Shown here piece after piece: positions 37,222 through 47,223 of a stretch of DNA of 64,000 nucleotides. The notes under the pieces were generated by a model. The model was given only the letters and a program-made list of their open reading frames with translations, was not told the DNA's origin and did not search any database. Source of the DNA: Escherichia phage vB_EcoM_Goslar. A program made the translations under genes and the position numbers. The stretch lies in the sequence record NC_048170.1. One strand, written 5' to 3'. Every line of letters begins with the position of its first letter. The first letter of the stretch is position 1.

Positions 37222-39294
37222 ATGAGGCTTAAGAATAGCACGCCTCGCGCGATTTTTACGGGCTTTAAAGAGGGTCTTACCACGGATCCGGTTACAGCCC
37301 CAGAGATCACGCCCATTCACCTCCCGTATGTTTTCATTCAGGGTGGTCGTGGTAAAGAGGACACCTTGCTGTTAACAGGGGACGCCCTGTCTACAGTCTA
37401 CGGTGAAGATATGCTGAACTACCGCAGTAAGTACGCTTCTCCAGCAACACTGATTGCTCGTCAGGCTGCTTCTACAGGTAGCGCGATCTTCACAAAACGT
37501 TTGGTTGCGCCGGATGCAACGGCAGCACGCATCCGTATCGGTGTTGAAGTGGTCGCCGATAAACTGGTCGTTTACCAGCGTAACGCTGACGGGTCCTTTG
37601 TGAAGGACACGCTCGGCAACAAAATCCCTGACGGCGATAAAACCGTTGACGGGTTGAAAATGCGTTGGGTTGTTAACCACGACAAAGATGCCGAAACACC
37701 TAATGCTTTCGGTAAAGATGAAGTGGTTCTCGGACAACTGACTGCAACTGGTGGTGCCCAGAGCAACTACTATCCTATTCTGGATGGATTGGTGAGCTGG
37801 CGTGGTGCTGAAGGGGACAACATCGGCATACGTCTGGAAGCACCGACCGCGCTGAGCAGTAACCCTACCCGTACCGATATTATCGAACGTATCGGTGCTT
37901 TCCTGTACCGCATTCAGTTCGTGGAACGCAAGTCTTCACGTACTGCGCCGACGGTCATTCGTACGATCAGCGGTATGGAACAAGAAACCTTCGCGTTGCA
38001 GGAAGGTGTTATCCAGCCTGATGACGAAACCGATCTGTCCTTCGGTAAAGTGGTCGTTGACGCCTACGAGTATAATGAGACGGGTAATACCCCGATCTTT
38101 GCTCCGATGGATCAGATGCATCTTTATCAGAAGAACATCGATGACGTCGTCAAGATGCTGTACGAATCTGAACGCAAAGTTAACAACGATCTGTTAACCG
38201 ACGTTGAATTCGTCGAAGGCCAGATGAACATCTTCACCGGTGTTGATTACAACGGCATCCCGTATCAAACCATCGAAGTTCTCGATGCGGATCAGGGCGG
38301 TGCTATCTTCGACGGTACCAGCACCTTCTACGCGATCGATGGTAGTGACGGTGACGTAAACTGGGATACCTTCGATGCGTTAGCGAAGCAGCAGTTCGAA
38401 TCGTTCGGCAACATGGGCGAAGATCTGGAAGACATGGCTTTCTATCCGTTCTCCATCGTGTATGACATTGGTTACAAAGTCGACACGAAGAAAGCGATGG
38501 CAAACGTCTTGTCTCTGCGTCCGGATGTCATGATCATTGCGTCAACCCATACCTGGAAGGGTGTGGAACTGAATGTCGATGAAGAAAGCTCCATGGGCGC
38601 AATGCTGCGTAACTACTACCGTCTGCATCCAGAAAGCGTGCTTTACAATACCCCAGCTTGCCGTGCTGCTGTATTCATGCAATACGGTGAAAGCATCGAA
38701 GCGCCAAGCCTGGGTAAAGTTCCGTTGACGCTGGAAGTTGCTAATAAACTCGCAACTTACATGGGTGCTTCGGATGGTGTTATCCGCGGTACTCGCATCG
38801 ATAACAACCCTGGTAACGTTGTCACAACGATGCGTAAAATCAACAAGACGTATCGTAACGCAACGGTCCGCGATCGTGATTGGGAAAACGGCTTGAACTA
38901 TGTTCAGACCTACAACCGTAATTCCAACTTCTTCCCGGCTTGGGGCACGATCTACAATAACGACCGTTCGGTATGGCGTTCGTTGATCAACGTGATCATC
39001 GGTTGCGATCTGACGCGTGTCTGCTATCGTCTCTGGGCAGAAACCACCGGTACTACAGGAATGGATGAAACGCTGTTCCTGAAACTGATGGGTGAACGCT
39101 TCCTGGAATACACCACGGGTCGTTACAACGACCACGTGACTGTTAAGGGACGTTTCTACCTGGATAAAGAAGACGGCTATAACGGCTTCAGCTATCACGG
39201 CGATATCAGCCTGATCGGCGATCCAGGCATGACCGTGGGTACGTTTACCATCACCGGGCTGCGTCGTAACACCGAAGCAGCAGAAGCGGCGTAA
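37222..39294 (+). CDS. probable tail sheath protein
   Basis: 690-aa ORF with AAGGAGAG RBS, directly followed by a 296-aa ORF and a strong terminator; size and sheath-then-tube arrangement match contractile-tail phages (phiKZ gp29 is about 695 aa). Inference from size and synteny. Confidence 0.5.
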   Translation: MRLKNSTPRAIFTGFKEGLTTDPVTAPEITPIHLPYVFIQGGRGKEDTLLLTGDALSTVYGEDMLNYRSKYASPATLIARQAASTGSAIFTKRLVAPDATAARIRIGVEVVADKLVVYQRNADGSFVKDTLGNKIPDGDKTVDGLKMRWVVNHDKDAETPNAFGKDEVVLGQLTATGGAQSNYYPILDGLVSWRGAEGDNIGIRLEAPTALSSNPTRTDIIERIGAFLYRIQFVERKSSRTAPTVIRTISGMEQETFALQEGVIQPDDETDLSFGKVVVDAYEYNETGNTPIFAPMDQMHLYQKNIDDVVKMLYESERKVNNDLLTDVEFVEGQMNIFTGVDYNGIPYQTIEVLDADQGGAIFDGTSTFYAIDGSDGDVNWDTFDALAKQQFESFGNMGEDLEDMAFYPFSIVYDIGYKVDTKKAMANVLSLRPDVMIIASTHTWKGVELNVDEESSMGAMLRNYYRLHPESVLYNTPACRAAVFMQYGESIEAPSLGKVPLTLEVANKLATYMGASDGVIRGTRIDNNPGNVVTTMRKINKTYRNATVRDRDWENGLNYVQTYNRNSNFFPAWGTIYNNDRSVWRSLINVIIGCDLTRVCYRLWAETTGTTGMDETLFLKLMGERFLEYTTGRYNDHVTVKGRFYLDKEDGYNGFSYHGDISLIGDPGMTVGTFTITGLRRNTEAAEAA

Positions 39295-39309
39295 TGAGAG
39301 GAGTCCATA

Positions 39310-40200
39310 ATGCGTCCTGATAATACCCTACTCGGTGAACAGGGTGTTGGTGCTCTTAGCAACGCGGCTATGGTCGATATTCGTGCAGGTGCCCAAAACG
39401 GGTACATCAGCAATATCGGTACGTACGTTGCTAACGCCAACTACATTCCGAACCAAATGTTCTGTCTCCTGCTGGAGGCACCACGTGGTTTCAACTATCT
39501 ACCTAACCCGGATGTACAGATTGGTTATCTGAAGGCGCTGGTAGAAGAGGTTGCGCATTCGATTACCGGTCTGCAACGCGGATTGGAAGTTGAATTCGTT
39601 AGCGTCCCGGTTTCTGGTTCCGGTGAAATCCAGGAAGAAGTTTCTGACGTTAAACGTCCTCGCTCTAACCCGACTTTCGGGATCTATGAGAAAGAAGGTC
39701 GTTCCGTTAGTTACTTCCTGGAACAATGGATCACGTATCTGTTGATGGATCCGGATGCCAAATATCCGATGTTGTCGTCTATCGTATCCACCGGTGGTCC
39801 AACCGACCTGCTGGCGGATTATCGTAGCGCAACAATGCTGTTCGTTGAACCAGACCGTCAACACAAGAAAGTGGTTAACGCCTGGCTGTGCACGAACATG
39901 ATGCCTCACGGTACCGGTGACTGGACATCACGTCGTAACAAGAACGATGCGCCAAACGTGGTAGAATTGAGCATTCAGTTCACAGCGTTAACACAGACCA
40001 ACTACGGTGTGCGTGCTTTTGCACAACGTCTGCTGGATAAGATGAACCTGCTCAAAGTGAACCCGGATTTCCGTCCGGCTTATCTGAGCGACATCGATCC
40101 TGCTGTGGCAGCGCAGAAGGTTGGCTATACCTTCGACTTTGATAACAACGATACCTTTGAGGTACCGAATACTTATCAAAACGTAACACCTCGCGTGTAA
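39310..40200 (+). CDS. probable tail tube protein
   Basis: 296-aa ORF 15 nt after the sheath-like gene, GAGAGGAG RBS, terminator immediately after. Confidence 0.4.
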   Translation: MRPDNTLLGEQGVGALSNAAMVDIRAGAQNGYISNIGTYVANANYIPNQMFCLLLEAPRGFNYLPNPDVQIGYLKALVEEVAHSITGLQRGLEVEFVSVPVSGSGEIQEEVSDVKRPRSNPTFGIYEKEGRSVSYFLEQWITYLLMDPDAKYPMLSSIVSTGGPTDLLADYRSATMLFVEPDRQHKKVVNAWLCTNMMPHGTGDWTSRRNKNDAPNVVELSIQFTALTQTNYGVRAFAQRLLDKMNLLKVNPDFRPAYLSDIDPAVAAQKVGYTFDFDNNDTFEVPNTYQNVTPRV

Positions 40201-40203
40201 CGT

Positions 40204-40275
40204 AAAAAAAAAAAAGCATATTAACCTCCCTTCCTTCCCTAGCCGTCAAGGCCGGGGAAGGAAGGTTTATGGTTT
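40204..40275. terminator. bidirectional rho-independent terminator
   Basis: A(11) run, hairpin ccttccttccc(40229-40239)/gggaaggaagg(40255-40265), then tttatggtttattt; serves the plus sheath/tube operon and the convergent minus gene ending at 40278. Confidence 0.6.
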
Positions 40276-40277
40276 AT

Positions 40278-40817
40278 TTACTGTTTGTTCGTGGCTTCAC
40301 GAATGAAAATGACATCAGGATATTCTTGAGATTCAATGAATTCAGGATTACGATAACGACGAATATGACGCATCGTTGTACAAGCAAGTTTGTAAAGATG
40401 TTCCTCCTCACGTTGTGTTAATAACATCAGTTGCGCGTCTGGAATCACGAATGGGAGTCTTTCATTCACATATTCTCGAAGGTCATCGAGATCATCGTGA
40501 TGAATGCCCTCTGAGAGCTTATATAACGCTTCCAGCAATTCTAATCCGCCGAACTGGTAACTTCCTATTGTCGTCGTAAACAATGCGCCAGAACGCGTGG
40601 TGGATGCTCTATCGGCGACATCGTATTGTTCTAACATATATCCGTAGACCATGCTACGTCGATCCAGTGTATCCGTAACGAGATTACGCCACCGTTCCAG
40701 TCTTTCGAGCGCTTTGTCGATAGAGTAAACGATCATGCCATGTTCATCCAACTCTTCCGCAATACCCAATAGTTCGTTGTTGTTAGGTTTTGCTGCACCG
40801 ATAAGAAAAACACTCAT
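40278..40817 (-). CDS. hypothetical protein
   Basis: 179-aa ORF. Confidence 0.6.
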   Translation of the reverse strand: MSVFLIGAAKPNNNELLGIAEELDEHGMIVYSIDKALERLERWRNLVTDTLDRRSMVYGYMLEQYDVADRASTTRSGALFTTTIGSYQFGGLELLEALYKLSEGIHHDDLDDLREYVNERLPFVIPDAQLMLLTQREEEHLYKLACTTMRHIRRYRNPEFIESQEYPDVIFIREATNKQ

Positions 40818-41230
40818 TACTCAAACTCCTTATTCCAAAACTCGATTAATGAATCGAGCTGTTCCTTACTGGTTATCTCACCTCCCCTAACAAAATGAAA
40901 TCGTTCTTGAATGGCGATCTTTTCAAGGATATCGGTAAGCAAATGACGGTGACAGAAATTTCCTGCAGGACAATAACACCCTAACACCACAACCGGATGG
41001 GAGAATAAAGCCAACCATTCCGGTGTATGATCAACAAAGCTTTTACGCATAAGCGTGTAGTAGCCTGCGGTATATTCATCCTCGGTTAACGTTTTTGATT
41101 TGATTCCTGTAACAAGTTCCCATGAAGGTGCGAAGAGCGGGTTACCTGTTTTCACCGTCGTGTCCAGTAGGAACGCTCGTGTGTCTGAAAGCCAACGATA
41201 TTTGGCTAATTGAAGGGTGTATAAAAACAC
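40817..41230 (-). CDS. hypothetical protein
   Basis: 137-aa ORF; 1-nt overlap with the downstream gene. Confidence 0.6.
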   Translation of the reverse strand: MFLYTLQLAKYRWLSDTRAFLLDTTVKTGNPLFAPSWELVTGIKSKTLTEDEYTAGYYTLMRKSFVDHTPEWLALFSHPVVVLGCYCPAGNFCHRHLLTDILEKIAIQERFHFVRGGEITSKEQLDSLIEFWNKEFE

Positions 41231-41273
41231 AGCGCTAACCCCAAAGGATAAAAATAAAACCTTGACATAACCA

Positions 41274-41303
41274 CCACCGTAGCCCTGTATGGGGCTACGG
41301 TGG
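41274..41303 (-). terminator. hairpin terminator (12-bp stem)
   Basis: ccaccgtagccc-tgtat-gggctacggtgg, followed on the minus strand by UGGUUAUGUCAAGGUUUUAUUUU. Confidence 0.55.
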
Positions 41304-41333
41304 GGTCATACAGAGAGACGTGTTAAGTTACAA

Positions 41334-41813
41334 TCAGTCTTTCAGCAGCTCAGCCGCATACGCGCTGATGTTGTCGCGAATATGCTTAACCTGAGTTGTC
41401 GGGAAAGATTTCTTATACGCGGTAGTCAGGCGTCCGTAAACCTGTTTCTTCTCGTTAGAGCCGAAACCAACTTCAGCGCTGCGTTGAACCGTTGCAGACA
41501 CAACGTCTTTGCCCAGCGGCAGGGTTACAGAAACAACGTCAACCTGTTTGTTATCCGCCATGAACTGCGCGCCAACGCGACCTACCGCCAGACCATGAGC
41601 CAGACCGATATCGGTGGTCAGTTTCTGTGCTTTTTCCAGGATTTCTTTTTCTTCCGGCGTTACCAGAGTACCCAGGAAATCACTACCTAACTTCTGGCTA
41701 CCAGATTCGTCCAGTTTAATACCAGCGGCGATTTTATCAGAAAGAGCCTGAACTTCCGGACGTACGTTAGAAGTGGTTTCAGTCGCTACGGTGGTTTCTA
41801 CAGCTTCAGACAT
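41334..41813 (-). CDS. hypothetical protein (possibly abundant; flanked by a terminator)
   Basis: 159-aa ORF. Confidence 0.6.
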   Translation of the reverse strand: MSEAVETTVATETTSNVRPEVQALSDKIAAGIKLDESGSQKLGSDFLGTLVTPEEKEILEKAQKLTTDIGLAHGLAVGRVGAQFMADNKQVDVVSVTLPLGKDVVSATVQRSAEVGFGSNEKKQVYGRLTTAYKKSFPTTQVKHIRDNISAYAAELLKD

Positions 41814-41948
41814 GTTAATACTCCAATTAGTTTTTTCGATCGATCAAAAGGATAAAATCAGAAGATTCTTTCTTCATAGGGAAAACACAAGTCGGTTAAG
41901 GTTTACTTCTTAAACTCCTTGCGTTCTATCAGTTAGGTAATATAGACC

Positions 41949-42749
41949 TCAACTTTTTTCCAATAATGCCGCAACGTTCCGTGCGAAACGAATTACCTTG
42001 TAATTGCGGGTCTGTTTGATATCTTCTTCCCCATCACTGTCACCTTCAGACGGATCTTCCCACATGAAGTCTTGTTCGTCCGCTTTCTGTAAATAGCGGT
42101 ATAACTGCACCATGCTGCGTGCGGTCGGAGAGATAGCGCGAAGCTCATCCAATTCTTCATCAGTCAACAGAACATGCGGTGAACGCAGTGGTTCCATTGT
42201 TGTATTACACAACAGACGAATCAGCAGATCGACGCACGGAATAACCGAACCTGGTGAGGCGATTTCTGGGTGTAACGTATAACCCCAATATACGGTGTTA
42301 AAATACGTCAAAACAGCAGGTAGTGACGGATGTTCCATCGCACGGCCAATTTGTTGTCTTACGATAGATGCACGATCGTTCAATACATCGAAAGTAATCT
42401 GTTGCGGTTCCATAACCGCAAGTGAAATACCGTACGCGTCAGCCACACCCAGGATTTCATGAAGGGTCGAACGTTCTTCTTCGGTGGATATTGTCCCGAT
42501 CGCCTTACGCCCCGCAAGGTCAATCAGCATCGGTGAAACAGCTTCTTTAACCGCATTAAAAGAAGCCTGGTAAGCGTGTTTATGAATATACAGTGTCCAC
42601 GCTAATGCGCGCTCAGCCGCATGAAGCAGATCGACATAAGACAGTTCTTGATGGCATGGGCCATACACACTCACAGCAAGCTTGGTGGCTTTCTCAGAGG
42701 CTTGCATAATAACATCTGGTGATTTAGGCATATCGCGTTCTTCTTGCAT
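41949..42749 (-). CDS. hypothetical protein
   Basis: 266-aa ORF. Confidence 0.6.
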   Translation of the reverse strand: MQEERDMPKSPDVIMQASEKATKLAVSVYGPCHQELSYVDLLHAAERALAWTLYIHKHAYQASFNAVKEAVSPMLIDLAGRKAIGTISTEEERSTLHEILGVADAYGISLAVMEPQQITFDVLNDRASIVRQQIGRAMEHPSLPAVLTYFNTVYWGYTLHPEIASPGSVIPCVDLLIRLLCNTTMEPLRSPHVLLTDEELDELRAISPTARSMVQLYRYLQKADEQDFMWEDPSEGDSDGEEDIKQTRNYKVIRFARNVAALLEKS

Positions 42750-42854
42750 CTTTTTAAATTCCTACTTAACAATAAAGTTCATATACGGCGTATGTATCCG
42801 TAGAATAATGGGTTCTGGTAAGATCTTACATCAAAATGACGGCATAAAAAGTAC

Positions 42855-42879
42855 CTCCTTACCCATGTGGGTAAGGAGG
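42855..42879 (-). terminator. hairpin terminator
   Basis: cctccttaccc-atg-gggtaaggagg followed on the minus strand by GUACUUUUUAUGCC. Confidence 0.5.
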
Positions 42880-43032
42880 TTCGTCCATCACGACGAAAGG
42901 ACGTTATGTGACGCGGTGTCCATAACGGCCCTGGTAGCAGGCATTAAAGATAACAAAAAGGATGTAAGTTGAGCTAAACCACCTAAATACGGTAACGATT
43001 ACTTCCGTACACAATATAACGCAACATCTTTT

Positions 43033-43842
43033 TTACCAATGATTAAAGCTGCCCGCTTTAACGACGTCACAGCGCAGATGGTTACGTAACTGATCCAGGA
43101 AGACAACCGGACTGTCACCAGACAACATAGCCAGCGCGTGTTGGCCACCGGAACGAACAACAAGCTCATCAACCATTGGTGCTGTAATCGGGAGATCATA
43201 CGCATCCATGATTGCCTTGGCTTCCTGTTCTACGTCTTTCTGGAACCCTTCCATCGTCGGAGAGTCATATTTGGTTGCAAACTCGATCCCAGGTAAGTTA
43301 ACGTAATCGTAAGTCATGACACGGGTCATAACACGACGGCGCTCACGTTGCCAGATCTGAGGATCGGTTAACGCGCGAACCGAAAAACATACGTTCACTA
43401 GCGGTGTTTCAAAATCTTTACGTAATGGATCACCGTACGGTCCGCAAGGAATAACATCCCCCATCACCATCACGACAGGACGACCACGACGATCACGTCC
43501 AGCTTCCTCTAACCAAATCTTAGAAAAGCAATGGCTTACCTTCGTTTCTTCGATTCGTAATGCCCGCTGCAAAAAGCTGGTTGCATCCTGACCGATCTCT
43601 GGTTTAGGGTGACCGTATTCACCTTTCAACGAACGATTGCGTGCGTTTGTTTGCAATAAACTGTTTTCCAGGAACAGCGGTTTCGAACGCTCAAGTTCGT
43701 AATATTCTTCGGTATTGTTAAAACAGTTAAACCCGCCTATAACACAGGTGTAGGCACCGTCAGCATTAGGACGGATAATACCTTTCTTATTCACACCAAG
43801 ATAACTGGTGCAAACAAGATTACTAATTGGTGGTTGCATCAT
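43033..43842 (-). CDS. hypothetical protein
   Basis: 269-aa ORF. Confidence 0.6.
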   Translation of the reverse strand: MMQPPISNLVCTSYLGVNKKGIIRPNADGAYTCVIGGFNCFNNTEEYYELERSKPLFLENSLLQTNARNRSLKGEYGHPKPEIGQDATSFLQRALRIEETKVSHCFSKIWLEEAGRDRRGRPVVMVMGDVIPCGPYGDPLRKDFETPLVNVCFSVRALTDPQIWQRERRRVMTRVMTYDYVNLPGIEFATKYDSPTMEGFQKDVEQEAKAIMDAYDLPITAPMVDELVVRSGGQHALAMLSGDSPVVFLDQLRNHLRCDVVKAGSFNHW

Positions 43843-43921
43843 AACCCCTTTATAAGCAACTGAATGAAAAAAGCGTTACATTCCCGCTTTTACGTCAAGA
43901 AGGTGACGCGTAAGCGTTATA

Positions 43922-44653
43922 TCACCATTCATACGATCCGGCGCACTGATGCCCCAACAGTACCAACGCGTCGTCTTTGGCAGCTAGGTATTTCTCTAAC
44001 GTTATCCGTGAAACAGACACATTAGAGAAATCCATCACACCTAAGCGATGATCGTAATGGTTAATTTGCATCCGGTAGTAACCTTTCTTTACCACCAGAA
44101 ACTCGCCTTGACGCAACCATAGCGGAACGTTGTCAACCTCCGCATGGATATAAAACACTGGACATTCTGTCGTAACGGAGTTTTCCTTCCCATCGCTATC
44201 TGTAATCTTCCCTTTGGGAACAGCCGCGATAAAACATTCTCCGATACGCTCGGTTTGATACCCGTTTGGATAGCGCGGATCGTGAAATAACCAGTGCTCA
44301 TCGCTAATATCAACATCGGATAATAACGTACGATGTGGACGTAAGGCGATATCAAACGGAACACGATAAATAACGTACCCGCCTAACCAATGGGCTAAGT
44401 GACCGCCAGAAAAATACTGCTTGATTGCGGTACTGTAACCGTATATACAACCCATCAAACTGCTGGATACACAGATCCTTGGAAACGACCCGTCTTCCAT
44501 ACGCAAAGTACGTTGAGGGATACGTGGCATCATCGTTTTCAGTTCGGTATCGGTGCTGATGTGCAATAAACCGAAAGGAAGCGTTTTACTCGGCACCCAC
44601 GCACAACGTTCCATAATCGCTCTTGGGACAATAGTCTCGATAGACGATAACAT
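43922..44653 (-). CDS. hypothetical protein
   Basis: 243-aa ORF. Confidence 0.6.
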   Translation of the reverse strand: MLSSIETIVPRAIMERCAWVPSKTLPFGLLHISTDTELKTMMPRIPQRTLRMEDGSFPRICVSSSLMGCIYGYSTAIKQYFSGGHLAHWLGGYVIYRVPFDIALRPHRTLLSDVDISDEHWLFHDPRYPNGYQTERIGECFIAAVPKGKITDSDGKENSVTTECPVFYIHAEVDNVPLWLRQGEFLVVKKGYYRMQINHYDHRLGVMDFSNVSVSRITLEKYLAAKDDALVLLGHQCAGSYEW

Positions 44654-44654
44654 A

Positions 44655-45365
44655 TCACCCCCTCAGAATCGCTTCTGTTTCGCTGATCGTATCCGCAGGA
44701 TAAACCAAACTACTATCGATTGCGTTATTCACGTAACCACCCATTAAGTTGGTGATGGTGTTTGTGCCGCTATCGATAATGTTTCGTAATCCGATGTCGA
44801 TGGCTTTTAAGGTGCTGCGTTCCTCATCCGAAAGCAAACGCCATGCTCGACGACGATCGTTGGGGTCACGTGTGGTGATAGAAGCCAGAACAGAATAGAT
44901 GCTGCTATCCGCATTCAGTTTAACGCCTGCCAATTTCGCTGACGTGTAGAGCAGCTGATATTTTTCTTTCTCAGTGTACCACCATGGCACCTTACCGAGC
45001 GTATAGATCTCGTTATACATCAGCCATGGGAAAGAGTTTCGCATCACGACATCGGTCGACACCAACACCGTGTCGCCGGGAAGAAACACAAATTCATAAA
45101 ACGGCTGGCCATCCATGGTAATTTCACGGATGTCAGAAGGGTCGATATGGAGCTGGGTCAATGCGTGGCTGACACCATACTGACCATCAGGAAGAATAAT
45201 CGGGCAGCACGCACAAACCCGGTTCTCACTCCCGATGATAGATAAACCCAATCCCTCGTAACGGACGGGTGTCAGAATCGAACACCCGCCACGAGTAACA
45301 ACAGATTTATCTTCTTGTATGTCCCAGTCCGCAAGCACCGCAGCACCGTTGCGGACAAGCGCCAT
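44655..45365 (-). CDS. hypothetical protein
   Basis: 236-aa ORF tightly packed with neighbours. Confidence 0.6.
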   Translation of the reverse strand: MALVRNGAAVLADWDIQEDKSVVTRGGCSILTPVRYEGLGLSIIGSENRVCACCPIILPDGQYGVSHALTQLHIDPSDIREITMDGQPFYEFVFLPGDTVLVSTDVVMRNSFPWLMYNEIYTLGKVPWWYTEKEKYQLLYTSAKLAGVKLNADSSIYSVLASITTRDPNDRRRAWRLLSDEERSTLKAIDIGLRNIIDSGTNTITNLMGGYVNNAIDSSLVYPADTISETEAILRG

Positions 45366-46889
45366 TTACACCTCGCTAATCTGGATAACGTAAAGCTGCT
45401 GGACCACGTAATCGGTGGTCAGATGCATCGTTGCGATGGTTGCTGCTTCGAACACCGTGAGTTCAGGACGTTCACGCATAATCAAATCGATCTCATCGAT
45501 AAGACGGTTAACGCCTTGAGCGTCTTCATGATGCATCGTTTTCACGTACAGCGTACGGAAATACTGCTGGAAATTAGCTACGTCGGTATCGGTAAGGGTA
45601 GCAACTTCACCACGCACAATTTCCATGACCTTCTTACGGGTATCTTCATCGAGGTCCACAGTAATCAGATCAGCAAATACACCCTGCAATGCCAGCGCAT
45701 ATGCACGTAAGCGGTTTGCGGCTTGCTGGCTGGCTTTCATGTTGATGTAGTTACGGTAATGCTGCATGAAGCCTGCGCCGTTAGCCAGCAGCTCATCTTT
45801 ACTGATGAGTTCGCGCTCTAACAGGACAGCTGCGGTTAGTGCTTCCGGTGAACCGCCTTCTTGCAGATAACCCATGTAGACATCCGCGTTAACGAAAATC
45901 GTCATCGTTGACGCATCTTCAGCACGTTGAATCTGAGAAGCTGACGGTGCAGAAAGAATCAGTTCACCACGCTCCATACGCAGAATACGATCACGACCGA
46001 CGCGTGCCATCCCGTTGATCGCCGCAGCACGAGCTTGTTGCATTTTAGCGCGGTAGTTTTCAAGCATCATGTCGTTGCCGTCCTGGATGTCTTCCAGCAG
46101 GTTAACGGCCCACATATAGCAGAGGAATGCAGGAGTTGCCGCAGCGCGGGAACCGTGGAATGCAACGTTATCGCTATCCGGATATGTAATCAGATAAGCG
46201 GTGTTGTTCGAAGAAGGAGCGGAACCACGGAAGAAATAGTTGTAGATGTCTTCCAGTGCCTGATCGCTCATCCCTTCCGTCGCTTGCTGTACAAAACGAT
46301 CCAGGTTTTCATTACCGGTATACAGCAACGTACGCAGCTTGTCACCAGTGATAAACGCAAGCTTTTCGGTTGGGGTGAAATCGTTATTAATCGAAATCAA
46401 GCCATTGAGATCGTAATCGCTAACTAAGGCCTGGTACTCTTCGGAGTTATAAAACTCAGGATAGTAACTCAGACTTACCGTCGGGATCAGTTTCGGTGCC
46501 AGGATGATCGAATCGATACGTTTTTCCAGTTCCGGGTACAGCGCACGGCATTTCGGCAGGATGGTATTACGCGCCAACTCTTTGGCATACACCACTTTTT
46601 CCACCACGTCTTGAACTGCGGTCTGTAAAACTTCATCGTGGATATAAACCTCGCGTTCGCTGGCAGGTGCTACAACGCCATCTTCGGTTTCATCGAGTGT
46701 TTCAGCAACAACCATACGTTCAGCACTAAGTTGCACCAACGCATCCGCGTCTTCCGGTGGCTGGTTCCAATGCATGGTTTCACAAACCGCGGCTAACGGG
46801 GTACCTGGAATCGCAGCGACGATTTGGTTACGTTTGATAAACCCTTCGACAATAGGCTCAACAGCATAAACGGTTTTATTGGTGATCAT
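45366..46889 (-). CDS. hypothetical protein
   Basis: 507-aa ORF immediately downstream (minus sense) of the RNAP beta-like gene. Confidence 0.65.
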   Translation of the reverse strand: MITNKTVYAVEPIVEGFIKRNQIVAAIPGTPLAAVCETMHWNQPPEDADALVQLSAERMVVAETLDETEDGVVAPASEREVYIHDEVLQTAVQDVVEKVVYAKELARNTILPKCRALYPELEKRIDSIILAPKLIPTVSLSYYPEFYNSEEYQALVSDYDLNGLISINNDFTPTEKLAFITGDKLRTLLYTGNENLDRFVQQATEGMSDQALEDIYNYFFRGSAPSSNNTAYLITYPDSDNVAFHGSRAAATPAFLCYMWAVNLLEDIQDGNDMMLENYRAKMQQARAAAINGMARVGRDRILRMERGELILSAPSASQIQRAEDASTMTIFVNADVYMGYLQEGGSPEALTAAVLLERELISKDELLANGAGFMQHYRNYINMKASQQAANRLRAYALALQGVFADLITVDLDEDTRKKVMEIVRGEVATLTDTDVANFQQYFRTLYVKTMHHEDAQGVNRLIDEIDLIMRERPELTVFEAATIATMHLTTDYVVQQLYVIQISEV

Positions 46890-47122
46890 TACTGCGCTCC
46901 CTCCAACGCATTACTACCTACGGGTTCTTTGGTTTCCAGACGGCTGTTTAGGCGCGCAGCAACCGCATCTTCCAATCCCAACGGCATAACCTTTTTGTTC
47001 ACGTCAGGATCGGCGGCATCATTACCAACGGTTTGACGTACGACCTCAGCAACCAACGTTACCGCGTTCGTCAGCGCAACAAAGCTCGCTGCCCGAGCCG
47101 TGTTAAGTTGTTCTTGGTTCAT
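46889..47122 (-). CDS. hypothetical small protein
   Basis: 77-aa ORF. Confidence 0.45.
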   Translation of the reverse strand: MNQEQLNTARAASFVALTNAVTLVAEVVRQTVGNDAADPDVNKKVMPLGLEDAVAARLNSRLETKEPVGSNALEGAQ

Positions 47123-47197
47123 TCACTTTTCCTTTTAATGTCAGAGCATCGCATTCTTGACATACGTCAAGAAGGTACTGCGTTCAGCGAAATAAAC

Positions 47198-47223
47198 GAG
47201 CAGGGGCATGAAGCCCCCTGCTC
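47198..47223 (-). terminator. hairpin terminator after the RNAP beta-like gene
   Basis: gagcaggggc-atgaa-gccccctgctc directly after the stop at 47224. Confidence 0.5.
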